From an uncultured Roseburia sp. (GTDB lineage Bacteria > Bacillota > Clostridia > Lachnospirales > Lachnospiraceae), in contig CAYTGS010000001.1 of assembly GCA_964437435.1 (NCBI GenBank), forward strand, positions 1 to 38,459: DNA of 38,459 nt. The letters are read 5' to 3'. The notes beneath the pieces were generated by a model. The model saw only the letters and a program-made list of their open reading frames with translations, was not told the origin of the DNA and did no database searches. The position numbers were made by a program, and so were the translations under genes. Shown here one piece after another: positions 8,445 to 18,900 of this stretch; position 1 is the stretch's first letter, and each line of letters starts with the position of its first letter.

Positions 8445-8612
8445 TTAAATTCCATTTGCATTTTGTGTGATTTTGTCAAGGATTGATTTCACAACACTTG
8501 AAATGCTTGACTTAAAGGCAGCCACAAGTGCGATAAGTACTACTATGATAAGCACTATTTCCACAGTTCCCATTCCATCTTCGTCTTTGATAAAGCTTCT
8601 TAAATTTCTCAT
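8445..8612 (-). CDS. flp: Flp family type IVb major pilin (55 aa; not in the ORF track)
   Basis: Hand translation MRNLRSFIKDEDG|MGTVEIVLIIVVLIALVAAFKSSISSVVKSILDKITQNANGI*; AGGAGG RBS; G|xxxxE motif. Confidence 0.9.
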   Translation of the reverse strand: MRNLRSFIKDEDGMGTVEIVLIIVVLIALVAAFKSSISSVVKSILDKITQNANGI

Positions 8613-8623
8613 TGTAATTCCTC

Positions 8624-9952
8624 CTAAAAATAAATATTGATTGCAGGTACCATTATTATCACCATTGTAATACCCAAAAGCAGCATCATAGGCACAAGCA
8701 GCTTTGTTCCTGCCTTTTCACCCTGTTTTCTCGCCATATGCTTTCTTTCCTCAAAGGCCTCCTTTGCCTCATTCTTTAAAAGCAATGGAAGATTAGCTGC
8801 CCCTTTTCTTATATTTTGCGATAGCATTGTGGAAAGCTTATTGTAACAGGGTATACGGCAACGTCTTCCAAATCTCTCATATGCAGCCGTATGCATAATT
8901 CCGCTATCCATTTCATATATAGTAAACAGCATTTCCTCATACGCATACCTCGATATTCCGGTTTCCTCTTTTCTGGTCTTATAATCCCGTGCAATCTTGT
9001 TCCACGCATTCGGCACTGTCATACCCGCACCTATTAAAAGTGCCAGCGAGCTTACTATCTCTGGATAGTCGCCAAGCATTTGTTCCTCCCTGTCCTCAAC
9101 TTTCCTGCTCAAATCCCTGTCCTTACTGAAATAAATTACAATCATAAGTATGGGGGTTGCCGCCAAAAACAGCAGTCCCGTATAACTTCTCTTATAGCTC
9201 CAGTCTAATTTTATTTCCCCGATTGTATCAGGAAGCTTAAACTCCAGGGATTTCCTGTTATCGCTTTCATTTTTATTCAGTTGCTTCTGCAATAGCTCCC
9301 TTATCCCGGGCTGTATTGCCTTGGTAAATACTCTTACGTTAAATACGTGCTCAATCGTAAATAACCCACATTTCAACGCAGCCGTAATTTCCACCATCTT
9401 AGGTTCATTAAGTACATCCTTGACAAGTTTACCTTGATAATCTATGTACTCCTCATCTGTATCATACTCCACTGTAAACGGATATCCTTCAATACTTTTT
9501 ACAAACCTCATATCATATTCTATCCTGTCGAAACTTTCATTCTGCCCAAGTATAGCGGTTTCAAGCACGGTTACTGCTTCTTCGGATAACTCTGACAGTT
9601 CTTCTTCACTGTACTCCCTTGCTCCTAGTTCAACATTGATATCATAATCAACACCCTCACTAGTTGCCACGACGGAGACTGTCTTTGAGCCATTTCCATA
9701 ATCGTTTCTCATTAAAGTATTGTCCACAATATTCGTGTCATTTGCATTTTTTATCCACATTAATACTGACACTAATACACCCGCAATCAGGACACACATA
9801 CAGAGCGATAGCTTTTTTAACACATATTCCTTTTGGCTCTTTGGTATATTTCCTGCCGGATTAAGCGTCTGTATATTTTGTCTTACATTATCATTGTGGA
9901 TAATCTGGTCTGGAAGCTTATCATATAACCATTTTGCAATTTTTTCTCCCAT
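8624..9952 (-). CDS. tadC: TadC-like T2SS-F platform protein with large extracytoplasmic insert
   Basis: YPEIVSSLALLIGAGMT, FGRRC, GEKAGTKLLVPMMLLL..IIMVPA. Confidence 0.82.
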   Translation of the reverse strand: MGEKIAKWLYDKLPDQIIHNDNVRQNIQTLNPAGNIPKSQKEYVLKKLSLCMCVLIAGVLVSVLMWIKNANDTNIVDNTLMRNDYGNGSKTVSVVATSEGVDYDINVELGAREYSEEELSELSEEAVTVLETAILGQNESFDRIEYDMRFVKSIEGYPFTVEYDTDEEYIDYQGKLVKDVLNEPKMVEITAALKCGLFTIEHVFNVRVFTKAIQPGIRELLQKQLNKNESDNRKSLEFKLPDTIGEIKLDWSYKRSYTGLLFLAATPILMIVIYFSKDRDLSRKVEDREEQMLGDYPEIVSSLALLIGAGMTVPNAWNKIARDYKTRKEETGISRYAYEEMLFTIYEMDSGIMHTAAYERFGRRCRIPCYNKLSTMLSQNIRKGAANLPLLLKNEAKEAFEERKHMARKQGEKAGTKLLVPMMLLLGITMVIIMVPAINIYF

Positions 9953-9971
9953 TTAAAACCTCCCTTATCCG

Positions 9972-10760
9972 CTACAGGGTAATATCCAATATCCGGTCTG
10001 ACATACGGCATGATATAATATATACCACAAATGATATGGTCATAATTATCCAGCCAAAGATGTTGTGATACATTGTCTCAAAATATCCTTTTGAGGTTAA
10101 TGAAATATAGAATATTATGAAAAATGGTATATACCTCATAATTGTATTCTCAAATTTCTTCTCACTGACAACCGTATCTATCTCTCGTCTGACATCCTGC
10201 TTTCCCCCTATAATGTCAGCCGTATCTGATATAATTCCCCTCATATCACCGCCGCCTCTTTTGGCAATTTGGAATATATCTGCAAAATCCCTTATATCCT
10301 GTACTCCGCTTCTCCTTGCAAGATTCATAAGGGCTTCCTCTATCTGGATATTGTTGCTTACCTTCCTCAGCATAAGCCTAAGCTCAACCGCCATTATTGA
10401 ATCCTTTCCATACAGTACAACTATTTCCTTGTATGCTTCATTAAAGGCATTTTCAACACTGTAGCCTGCCTGCATATTTGATGATACGCTCAAAATCATT
10501 TCCCTAAATTCAAGCTCCAAGCGTCTTTTCCTTTTCTTGCACAATTCTTCTGTTGTCTGCTTAAATGACCATATAGCTATCGGAAGCAATAAAACCCATG
10601 CTATAATGCTGTCATAGAAAAGTCTTGCAACCATAGCCATAAACAGCAGTTTTAATGCTAAATGGTAAATTATCTCCTTTGTTGTGAACGTGTATTTTGT
10701 ATAATCTGTCTCAGGTGGATTTCTGCTCCTATTTTTTATTGACTTTATCTTTTCCTTCAT
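9972..10760 (-). CDS. tadB: TadB-like T2SS-F platform protein
   Basis: AGYSVENAF, LARRSGVQDIRDFA..IAKRGGGD; follows tadA. Confidence 0.85.
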   Translation of the reverse strand: MKEKIKSIKNRSRNPPETDYTKYTFTTKEIIYHLALKLLFMAMVARLFYDSIIAWVLLLPIAIWSFKQTTEELCKKRKRRLELEFREMILSVSSNMQAGYSVENAFNEAYKEIVVLYGKDSIMAVELRLMLRKVSNNIQIEEALMNLARRSGVQDIRDFADIFQIAKRGGGDMRGIISDTADIIGGKQDVRREIDTVVSEKKFENTIMRYIPFFIIFYISLTSKGYFETMYHNIFGWIIMTISFVVYIISCRMSDRILDITL

Positions 10761-10775
10761 TTATACCTCCATTTA

Positions 10776-11990
10776 TTAAAGCCCCGCAGCCTTTAACTTT
10801 CCAATATGGGTCAACTCCTTCACCTTTACAAGCTCCCCAACCACCTTTCCGTCTTTTTCCCCATCCTCCCTAAATTCATATAGGGGTTTAGTGGTTATCT
10901 CTCCGTCTTCAAAACCCATAATTTCCACTATTTCCATTACCCGTCTGGATTTATCCCTAAGCCTACCCAAATGAACTATGATATCAACTCCCGACGCTAT
11001 CTGTCTGCGCACTGCTGCAAGGGGCAAATCCATTCCCATAAGCACCATTGTCTCCAAACGGCTTAGCATATCCTTTGAGGAATTCGCATGACCTGTACTC
11101 AATGAACCGTCATGACCCGTATTTAATGCCTGAAGCATATCTATTGCCTCACTGCCCCTTACCTCGCCAACTATAATCCTATCCGGACGCATTCTAAGCG
11201 AGGATTTAATCAAATCCCTTATTGATATGGGTTTTGTTCCCTCCGCATTGGCATTTCTCGTCTCCAGCCTTACAAGGTTTGGTATATCCTGTAGTTGCAG
11301 CTCTGCCGAATCCTCAATTGTAATAATGCGCTCGGATTTGGGTATATAATTAGACAATGCATTTAGGAATGTAGTCTTACCAGAGCCTGTTCCCCCACTT
11401 ATAAATATATTGTATCCTGCAACAACCCACTTTTTTAGCTCCTCCACTGCCTCCTGCGTAATAGAGCCAAATTCAAGTAAATCCTCCATGGAAATAGGGT
11501 GGTCGGGAAAACGGCGTATTGTCACAATAGGACCGTTTAATGCCACAGGTGCCAACACTATATTAACTCTGGAACCATTTTCCAGCCTCGCATCAACTAT
11601 CGGGGAAGCCTCATTGACAACCCTGTTGCATTTCGCAACAATCTGTTGTATCACATTCTCAAGCTTTTCCTTGGACTCGAACCGCTTTTCCCATTCATAA
11701 ATCCTGCCTTCCCTCTCAATGAAAATATTGTCCGTTCCGTTTATCATTATCTCCGTAACATCATCACAATCAACAAGCTCCTGGAGTACATCCATTTTTC
11801 TTATGGAATGAAAAACACTACGTCCAAGCTCAGTCCTCTCATCAAGCGAAAGGGCGTGTTTACGTCCAAGACTCACCACGAGCTCATCAACAAGCTCCTC
11901 TATCTCGCTGTCACATACGTCCCTTGACAGGTCAATACGCTCCCTGACACTTTCATCTATAATACGTTTACATGTTTCATATCTGCTCAT
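10776..11990 (-). CDS. tadA: CpaF/TadA pilus assembly ATPase
   Basis: Walker A GGTGSGKTT, ITIEDSAEL, RMRPDRIIVGEVRG, NTGHDGSLSTGHAN. Confidence 0.95.
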   Translation of the reverse strand: MSRYETCKRIIDESVRERIDLSRDVCDSEIEELVDELVVSLGRKHALSLDERTELGRSVFHSIRKMDVLQELVDCDDVTEIMINGTDNIFIEREGRIYEWEKRFESKEKLENVIQQIVAKCNRVVNEASPIVDARLENGSRVNIVLAPVALNGPIVTIRRFPDHPISMEDLLEFGSITQEAVEELKKWVVAGYNIFISGGTGSGKTTFLNALSNYIPKSERIITIEDSAELQLQDIPNLVRLETRNANAEGTKPISIRDLIKSSLRMRPDRIIVGEVRGSEAIDMLQALNTGHDGSLSTGHANSSKDMLSRLETMVLMGMDLPLAAVRRQIASGVDIIVHLGRLRDKSRRVMEIVEIMGFEDGEITTKPLYEFREDGEKDGKVVGELVKVKELTHIGKLKAAGL

Positions 11991-12982
11991 TAGACTATAC
12001 CTTTCATATAAGACCCTATAGGCGACGCCGTCAGGTTTTCAATCTGCCCACATCCCCTATCTATATCATAGGGCAGCGAAAATTCTATTGTTTTTGATAA
12101 AATGCTTTCATATTCCTTTGCCTTAAGAAGCCTCCTGTAATGGGAAATAACCGCACGACCTATATTAGCCGTATTATCGTAAAGCGTATATATTTTATCG
12201 CTTTTATCCAAAATCCCATAAAATCCATGACACGTCTCGGACATATCCATAACAATATGTGTATAATCTCCTGCATAGATAATTGTATCTATCGCCCTTT
12301 CCCAATCCTTTCCGTCAATTCGTATTAAATCCGCATAATCAAGAACAGGCGGAAGATAATCTACTCCGTGAACGCTGCGTTTCATGCCGTCCAACTTATA
12401 TAGCAGTTTATCTGAATGGTTCAGTACAAAGTACATAAAATCCGTGATATCAGATTCATAGCTTATATTCATAAGCTCCTCAAATCCAGTAAAAGCCATT
12501 AAATTAAGGTACAGCACCTTATACCCCCTGTCAGCCAAAATCTGGGCTGTTCCAAATGCTGCAAGGCTTTGCGCCCTGTGATGATCAGGTGAGTAAAATG
12601 ATATAAGGCTTGTCTTGTTTTTGCCACACCTGTTAATGCTTCCACATTTGTCATCAAGGGCAAATTCCTCTAAAACCTCACCTATAAGCTTTTCCATTGA
12701 CTGATATTTTGCAATGGCTGAATACTCATTTATGCCGCTTAGTCCGTCCTCCTGCAATATGAAAACCTTTGCGGCATTAATCTTCTTCACATCTTTGTTA
12801 TAAGTCCTTTCACCCACAAGCAGTATTTCAAATGCTTCATTCTCACTGGCTGAAACTGCCTTATCTACACTGTCAAAGGTTAATATCTCAAAATCTGCCG
12901 GATTTTTCTTTTGCATATAAGCATGTATCATTTTCAAATACTGCCCATCACTGTCACAAATTGCAAACTGCTTTGATTTCAT
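11990..12982 (-). CDS. TadZ/CpaE-like protein (atypical receiver plus degenerate ParA/MinD ATPase)
   Basis: N-terminal AICDSD receiver-like domain; ParA-like VLYLNL and YTHIVMD; P-loop degenerate (SPDHHRAQS); upstream of tadA. Confidence 0.7.
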   Translation of the reverse strand: MKSKQFAICDSDGQYLKMIHAYMQKKNPADFEILTFDSVDKAVSASENEAFEILLVGERTYNKDVKKINAAKVFILQEDGLSGINEYSAIAKYQSMEKLIGEVLEEFALDDKCGSINRCGKNKTSLISFYSPDHHRAQSLAAFGTAQILADRGYKVLYLNLMAFTGFEELMNISYESDITDFMYFVLNHSDKLLYKLDGMKRSVHGVDYLPPVLDYADLIRIDGKDWERAIDTIIYAGDYTHIVMDMSETCHGFYGILDKSDKIYTLYDNTANIGRAVISHYRRLLKAKEYESILSKTIEFSLPYDIDRGCGQIENLTASPIGSYMKGIV

Positions 12983-13015
12983 ACTTATTCTCCCCTCCCT
13001 TCACTTACACAAACC

Positions 13016-13519
13016 TTAGCCGTACACACCTGCACATTTGAGGACAAGACTAGCAAATGCGGGCAATGACATTCTGATTAGACTGCATTTGTCATCCCTA
13101 TCCACTTTATACTCATCCGCTGTCCCAAACAGGAGAAGCTTCCTCATATATCCGAAAAAATATAAAATTCTTTTCCTGTTCTGCCTGTATATGACCATTT
13201 TTACTATTGAAACTAAAGCCGCTATCAGCATTGTGACCATTATATAATGAACTAGGCTTCTATCCCGCATATAACATGAAACCATCATAAAAAGTTTTAT
13301 GTCCCCTGCGCCAAGCCCTCCTAATAAGTAAAAAGGATAAAATATAAAAAATATTACCCCCATTGTGACAATTACAATCCATATGCCCTCCCATGAGCTA
13401 TTGATGAATGTCATCACTAATCCTGCCGCCATTCCTATTAAGATACAAAGATTTGGTATACGGTAACTCTTTAAATCCATGAAAACGGCAACACTAAACA
13501 CACATATGAGAATCCCCAT
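13016..13519 (-). CDS. Prepilin peptidase (TadV/CpaA, A24 family)
   Basis: MDLKSYRIPN and LGAGDIKL catalytic motifs. Confidence 0.88.
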   Translation of the reverse strand: MGILICVFSVAVFMDLKSYRIPNLCILIGMAAGLVMTFINSSWEGIWIVIVTMGVIFFIFYPFYLLGGLGAGDIKLFMMVSCYMRDRSLVHYIMVTMLIAALVSIVKMVIYRQNRKRILYFFGYMRKLLLFGTADEYKVDRDDKCSLIRMSLPAFASLVLKCAGVYG

Positions 13520-13615
13520 ATTTATTCACTTCCTTTCCAATTTATTTAATGCTGAATTTTTACCGAACAGGTTATAATGTATCTGATATTTACACATTAT
13601 AAAGATTACTCAAAA

Positions 13616-13690
13616 AAAATCCACTCGAAATGTCAAAACTAAGACAACTATTTTTTTATTGTCTATTTTTGACATTTTAGAGTGGATTTT
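13616..13690. terminator. 75-bp inverted repeat between fliS and the tad operon (terminator and/or operator pair)
   Basis: AAAATCCACTC-G-AAATGTCAAAA / TTTTGACATTT-TA-GAGTGGATTTT arms plus inner AGACAA/TTGTCT; T8 follows on the minus strand. Confidence 0.65.
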
Positions 13691-13762
13691 AAAATTATAA
13701 TATTATGCAATTTCACTATTGTTTTTGTGTTAATTATTACATTACGAAATTTTTGCGAAACT

Positions 13763-14239
13763 TTATATCTTATATCCCCTTGATATATCCGGATTTACAA
13801 GCATCTCATTTACATCCGTCTTTCCATACGTAAATCCCGCATATACATCCTGGGTATTTTCCATTAGCGGTTCTGACGTATCAGCAAGGCTAAGCTCATA
13901 ATATGCTTCCCTAAGCTTTTTAATCATTCCGCATATCTCATTAAGATTGTCGGTACATCCGCTGTATATATTTTTTGAAAGCTGCCTGTCGGCATACGCA
14001 TATATTGAGAAAAGGCTCTTTGAAAGCTCATATTCAAAATTAAGATTTTTTCTCAAATCAGCCAGACAACCCCTTGCAAGCTCCAAGCTTCTTTCAAACT
14101 CATTCATATCATTGGACTTTTTTGCGGTCTCTGCATCATCAATATATGCCAATAGCATATCATATACCACAACTACAAGCTGTGTACGGTTAGCTTTCGT
14201 AATACGCCTAGTAAAGGTCTGTTTCATCTCATTTGTCAT
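13763..14239 (-). CDS. fliS: Flagellin chaperone FliS family protein
   Basis: ANRTQLVVVVYD, LNFEYELSKSLFSIY, LREAY; directly after the flagellin. Confidence 0.82.
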   Translation of the reverse strand: MTNEMKQTFTRRITKANRTQLVVVVYDMLLAYIDDAETAKKSNDMNEFERSLELARGCLADLRKNLNFEYELSKSLFSIYAYADRQLSKNIYSGCTDNLNEICGMIKKLREAYYELSLADTSEPLMENTQDVYAGFTYGKTDVNEMLVNPDISRGYKI

Positions 14240-14261
14240 GTGTATACCCTCTCACTGCCCT

Positions 14262-15956
14262 TTACTGAAGTAACTGCAATACCTGCTGAGGTCTTTCATT
14301 AGCCTGGGCAAGCACTGAAGTTGCAGCCTGAACCAATACCTGAACGCTTGTATACTCCGTCATTTCCTCTGCCACGTCAACATCCATTATACGTGAGTAT
14401 GAGGATGTCATATTTTCCTCTGTTGTATCAAGATTTGATATGGTATGCTCTAAACGGTTTGCATATGCACCAATCCTTGCACGCACTGATGAAAGCTGGT
14501 CTATAGCCTTTGCCACCACGTTGATTGATTCTGTAGCCGATTTCTCAGTTGTCAAATCAAGATGGTCAATACCTAAATTGACGGCGTTAAGTGCCGGTAT
14601 CTCTATCTCTAACTGCTGCCCCTCGTTAGCGCCTACCTGTACAACCATTGCCCCCATTTTTGTAAGGTCAAGCTGAATACAGCTATCATCTGATTCATTT
14701 CCCACAACAGTGTATTTTGTTCTATTCATCTCATCTGTAGAGATAAGGCTTGCAGAAAGGGCGCTTGTGGCTGTAAGGCTCACACTATCTGCTCCTCCAT
14801 TATAATCAATAGTAATAGTATCACCATTCACACTAATATTGCTTATATTGCTTATTCCCAAATCCTCTAAGTCCTTTTCTATTGTAGCATACTCACCAGC
14901 CTTCTCCCCGGAGTAAATATTTGTAACAGTTGTACCTGCTGGTATGTCTTTGTCTGTAACAGTTGTACCTGCTTGTAAGGTTGTACCTGCTGGTAAGGTT
15001 GTAATTTCTGTAATAGACGTACCTGCCGGTATATCCTCGTTTATGACAGCATTCTCTGTAACAAGCTTGCTGATTGTATATTCATTACCACTGGCATCCT
15101 TTACCTTAATATCCTGATATGTCTCTATAGTTACACTCTCCGTATTACCTACATCCGTTTTTAAACCTGCCTCACCTACATTATCCCTGTCATTTAAGGT
15201 AATCTTAAGCTCAAACCCTTTATCATCAGAAATGATAATATTTTCATCATCAAGCTCTACCTGTGAGCCTAAAGGAAATCCTTTCACATTCTCTATATCG
15301 CTATATGCTCTCAATGATACTTCGTCATCCATTACAAGCGCATTCTTAACGGAGTCGGTGCTTTCAGCACTGTATCTGTCATATTTCTTTTTCTCCTCTG
15401 TACCGTCTTCATAGGTAATCTTCTCATCAGTATACTTGTAATATGTAAGGTTATCGAGAACATAAACTCCCTTTTCCACATCATCAGTATAAGACATAAC
15501 CTTTACATTTTCAGTATTTGTATATCCCTTGTATGCAAAGCTTCCGTCCAATAGATTTTGTGCATTAAACTGCGTAGTGTCAGCAATCCTGTCTATCTCC
15601 TGAATAAGTTCATCTATCTCCAACTGTATCTGCTCCCTGTCCGAATCGGAATTCGTACCGTTTGCAGCCTGAACCGAAAGTTCATTCATACGCTGTAGTA
15701 TACTATGCATTTCAGACATTGCACCGTCTGCCGTGTTGACTACAGAAAGTCCGTCATTTGTATTACTGTTTGCTCTCTGCAGGCTCTTAATCTGCATATC
15801 CATTTTTCTAGCTATTGCAAGCCCTGCCGCATCATCCTTTGAGCTGTTAATCTTATATCCACTTGAAAGCTTCTTGGTTGAAATTGAAAGCCTGCTGTCA
15901 TTGTTGTTTAATGCGTTCTTTGCAATTATTGATGATACATTATAATTAATTCTCAT
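14262..15956 (-). CDS. Flagellin (564 aa) with large variable domain
   Basis: MRINYN..KLSSGYKINSSKDDAAGLAI, LQRMNELSVQAANGT, QVGANEGQ, RARIGAYANRLE, SRIMDVDVAEEM, QQVLQLLQ. Confidence 0.95.
   Translation of the reverse strand: MRINYNVSSIIAKNALNNNDSRLSISTKKLSSGYKINSSKDDAAGLAIARKMDMQIKSLQRANSNTNDGLSVVNTADGAMSEMHSILQRMNELSVQAANGTNSDSDREQIQLEIDELIQEIDRIADTTQFNAQNLLDGSFAYKGYTNTENVKVMSYTDDVEKGVYVLDNLTYYKYTDEKITYEDGTEEKKKYDRYSAESTDSVKNALVMDDEVSLRAYSDIENVKGFPLGSQVELDDENIIISDDKGFELKITLNDRDNVGEAGLKTDVGNTESVTIETYQDIKVKDASGNEYTISKLVTENAVINEDIPAGTSITEITTLPAGTTLQAGTTVTDKDIPAGTTVTNIYSGEKAGEYATIEKDLEDLGISNISNISVNGDTITIDYNGGADSVSLTATSALSASLISTDEMNRTKYTVVGNESDDSCIQLDLTKMGAMVVQVGANEGQQLEIEIPALNAVNLGIDHLDLTTEKSATESINVVAKAIDQLSSVRARIGAYANRLEHTISNLDTTEENMTSSYSRIMDVDVAEEMTEYTSVQVLVQAATSVLAQANERPQQVLQLLQ
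14922..15034. repeat. Four short direct repeats encoding (P/Q)AGT(T/S) within the flagellin
   Basis: GTTGTACCTGCT at 14929, 14962 and 14980; GTACCTGCCGGTA at 15019; TGTAACAGTTGTACCTGCT (19 bp) at 14922 and 14955. Confidence 0.85.
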
Positions 15957-15970
15957 TACTAATCCTCCTG

Positions 15971-18900
15971 TTAAATACCTTTCAATGCTGTCATAAATGC
16001 TTTTGCCGTCCTATATAATTCATTTGTTGTTACCGTACCGGATTTTTCCCTGTCATTTCCGAACCTTTCAAGGTCAACGAAATCGGACTGTACAAGGCTA
16101 ATATTTAGCTGTCTGTCGCCAAATTCCTCTCTTAAATTGTTATTTAACTGCTCTAAATCCGGTTTTGACGCTCTGTTTTCATAGACTATCATTCCCGAAG
16201 TCCTGTCCTCCATTACGTCGAACTCTGCCGCAACCTTTCCAAGCTTTTCATTTTCAAGAGTGACCGAAACCTTTCCCTTGTCTGTATTGTTGTGGTAGAT
16301 TTTTAAATTTACAGTTGTTATCTCTCCCTTTATATCCATTGGAACCTGATAATTTTCCTCATCAGAAAGGTTTCCTGCCAATGAAAGGGCTTTGTACATA
16401 CTTCTTGCCGCTTTTACATCAATATATGTGCTTTCAGGGGAATAAACCATATCCTCAAGCTTCTCCTGAGCAGCCATTATTACATCCTTGTATGAATTTT
16501 GGGCGCTTTCCTCGTTTTCCAGATTGTCTATAAATTCATCTGACGCATTAAGAACACTGCTGTCATTGTCATCATCCTTGCCTGCAAGCTTCCCAAACAA
16601 GGAATTTTTATCGTTCATCATAAGCTTGGCTGCATTGATGTTGTCAAGACTTACCGGCTGGTCAAAGCCAATAAGCAGCTTTATTATCTGGTCGTCTGCA
16701 CGTGCCGCCTCATTTAAAGATTCCCTGTATTCCTCAAATGCATTTGCTTGAAAAGCTTCATCCGACTCAATATCCTTAAGACTGTCATTAAACATCTCTA
16801 TTGTGGTATCGCCCGAAAATCCGACATCTTTAAGTTTAGATACGTCCGTTTTATCTGAAAGCTCATCCTTAATATTGCCTGAAAGGGCTGCATAATACTT
16901 CTCCTGTTCTTTAGCATCACTATCTGCCCCATTTTCAGCATTTTGCGAAAAGCCCTCATTTATCTGAACATCTATTGCCTTAGAGCCTGTAATAAGCTTC
17001 TCTAATGCACCAAATCCGTCATCTATGGAGATATCCATTCCCTTATTTTTGGACGTTCTTACCGCCGACAGCATATTCTTGAAATTCATCTCTGCGCCGG
17101 TTGCAACTATGCTCCCGATTACGGCACCGTCCGACTTTTCTATCTGGTTAAACAGCCTGTAAATACCAATGTACGCCTCCCTCTCATCCTGAGTAATGGC
17201 ATTCTCCCTATCTAACTTTTGGAGGAAGCGAGAATATTTCACGGCATCATCAGCCTTTTCACCATCACGGCTTCCTAAATATTCATCAAGCTCATCCATA
17301 TCCATTTCAAGGGGATTTTTGCCCTCCCTTATCATTTTAAGGGTCGTTGCAGGAGTCATTCTTGTTATTACATCATTTACCTTTTGGTCAGCCTGCTTTA
17401 TGGTATCTATATTTTCCTTTGTTATATCCATGGAATTATAGCCCAATATCCTGACTGCACGCCTGTTGGTATCACTCGTCTCAAGCCCCATGTCGGTCAA
17501 TATATCATCAACATTCCTAAACGCCTTTGTAATGGAGTCTCCCAAATCCCTCCTAGGCTGGGTCATAAGCTTTTCATACTCATCTGACCTGTAATTGCCG
17601 TTTTCATATAGGGCGGTTCCCTCCTGATGAATATTTTCAAGACTGTATTTCCCAATTTCAGGTGCTATGATGCCCAAAATAGCTGCGGGCATTTCTTTAA
17701 GCTCGCCCGTCTTGGTGAGGGTTTCCTCATACAACGATGAAAGCCTGTTATTTTCTTCGTCATCCGCACCGTTAAACAGCGTGTTCTTTATCTGCTGTTC
17801 AGCGTCCTTTAACATTTCCACAAGCTCAGAAAGTTTAGTGGTGTCAATGGAAACCCCGCTTTTTATCAGGTGGCGGTTTGCTTCCTCACTCATCATCAGC
17901 CTTATTTCTTCCAACTCACGCCTTGCCTGTATCTCCTTTAAGGAAGCCTCCGTATCATTTCCAACTTCGTCCGACGCTTCAATTGACTTGTTATAGAGAT
18001 TTTTAATGTTAATCTCCATTCCTGAATTTATAGTCTCACGTATGCCAGCATCAGTTATATTTTCAACCTCATCCGCTATCTCCGATACTTCCTCATCAAC
18101 AAGCTTCTCATCATATAAATTTGCCTCATATGGAGATTTTCCGTTCATGACAGCCTTTATACAAGCTTCCGATATATCATTTTCATCCATTGGAAATGCC
18201 ATGCTTCTAAGCTCCATGAGCCTGTTCAGGTTATCTGTATTCAGCTCTATTCCGGATTCCACAAGCCATTTTGCACCGTCCCAAACCTCATTAGAGGATT
18301 CCAAACCTGCTTTTGAAATAACCGTGTCTATTGAACCCTTTAGGTTGTCCCAGTCTATCTCATCCGCCTTTTTTGCATAATATCCACCGTCACTGTAATA
18401 TCCCCTCGCCTGAACCATATTGTCAGCCGTCGAAAAACCAGCCTTGTACAGATTTTCTATTGTAGGAGCCTTTGCATTTTCAATCAGGTACTTTACCATA
18501 TCATCAGGCATATTTTTTATTTCCAAAGCCTGCGTAACCGCACCTGTTATTTGTTCCAAAGTTTCCTCATCAAGTGTGTCAGTATAGCCCTCCACATCTA
18601 CACCAGCCTGCGCCAGAGTCGCCTTTATCCTGTCAACTATCGTAACTAAGCTTTCCACATCCACGTCAGCAGGATTGAAACCGTCTTCCGCCAGTTTCTC
18701 GTAATCTTCCCCTGAAACGCAATGAGACATCACTATCATAAAGTCTCTTTGGGTGTCAACGTCCGTATTTGCCGCCTGCTGCATAATATCATCTGCGGTC
18801 AATCCATGACCTTTATATGCTTCGTTATCCATAACCTTATCAGCGATGTCTGATGTGCTTCCCCCCATTGCTATAACGGTTTTATCCGTTGTATGGGTGG

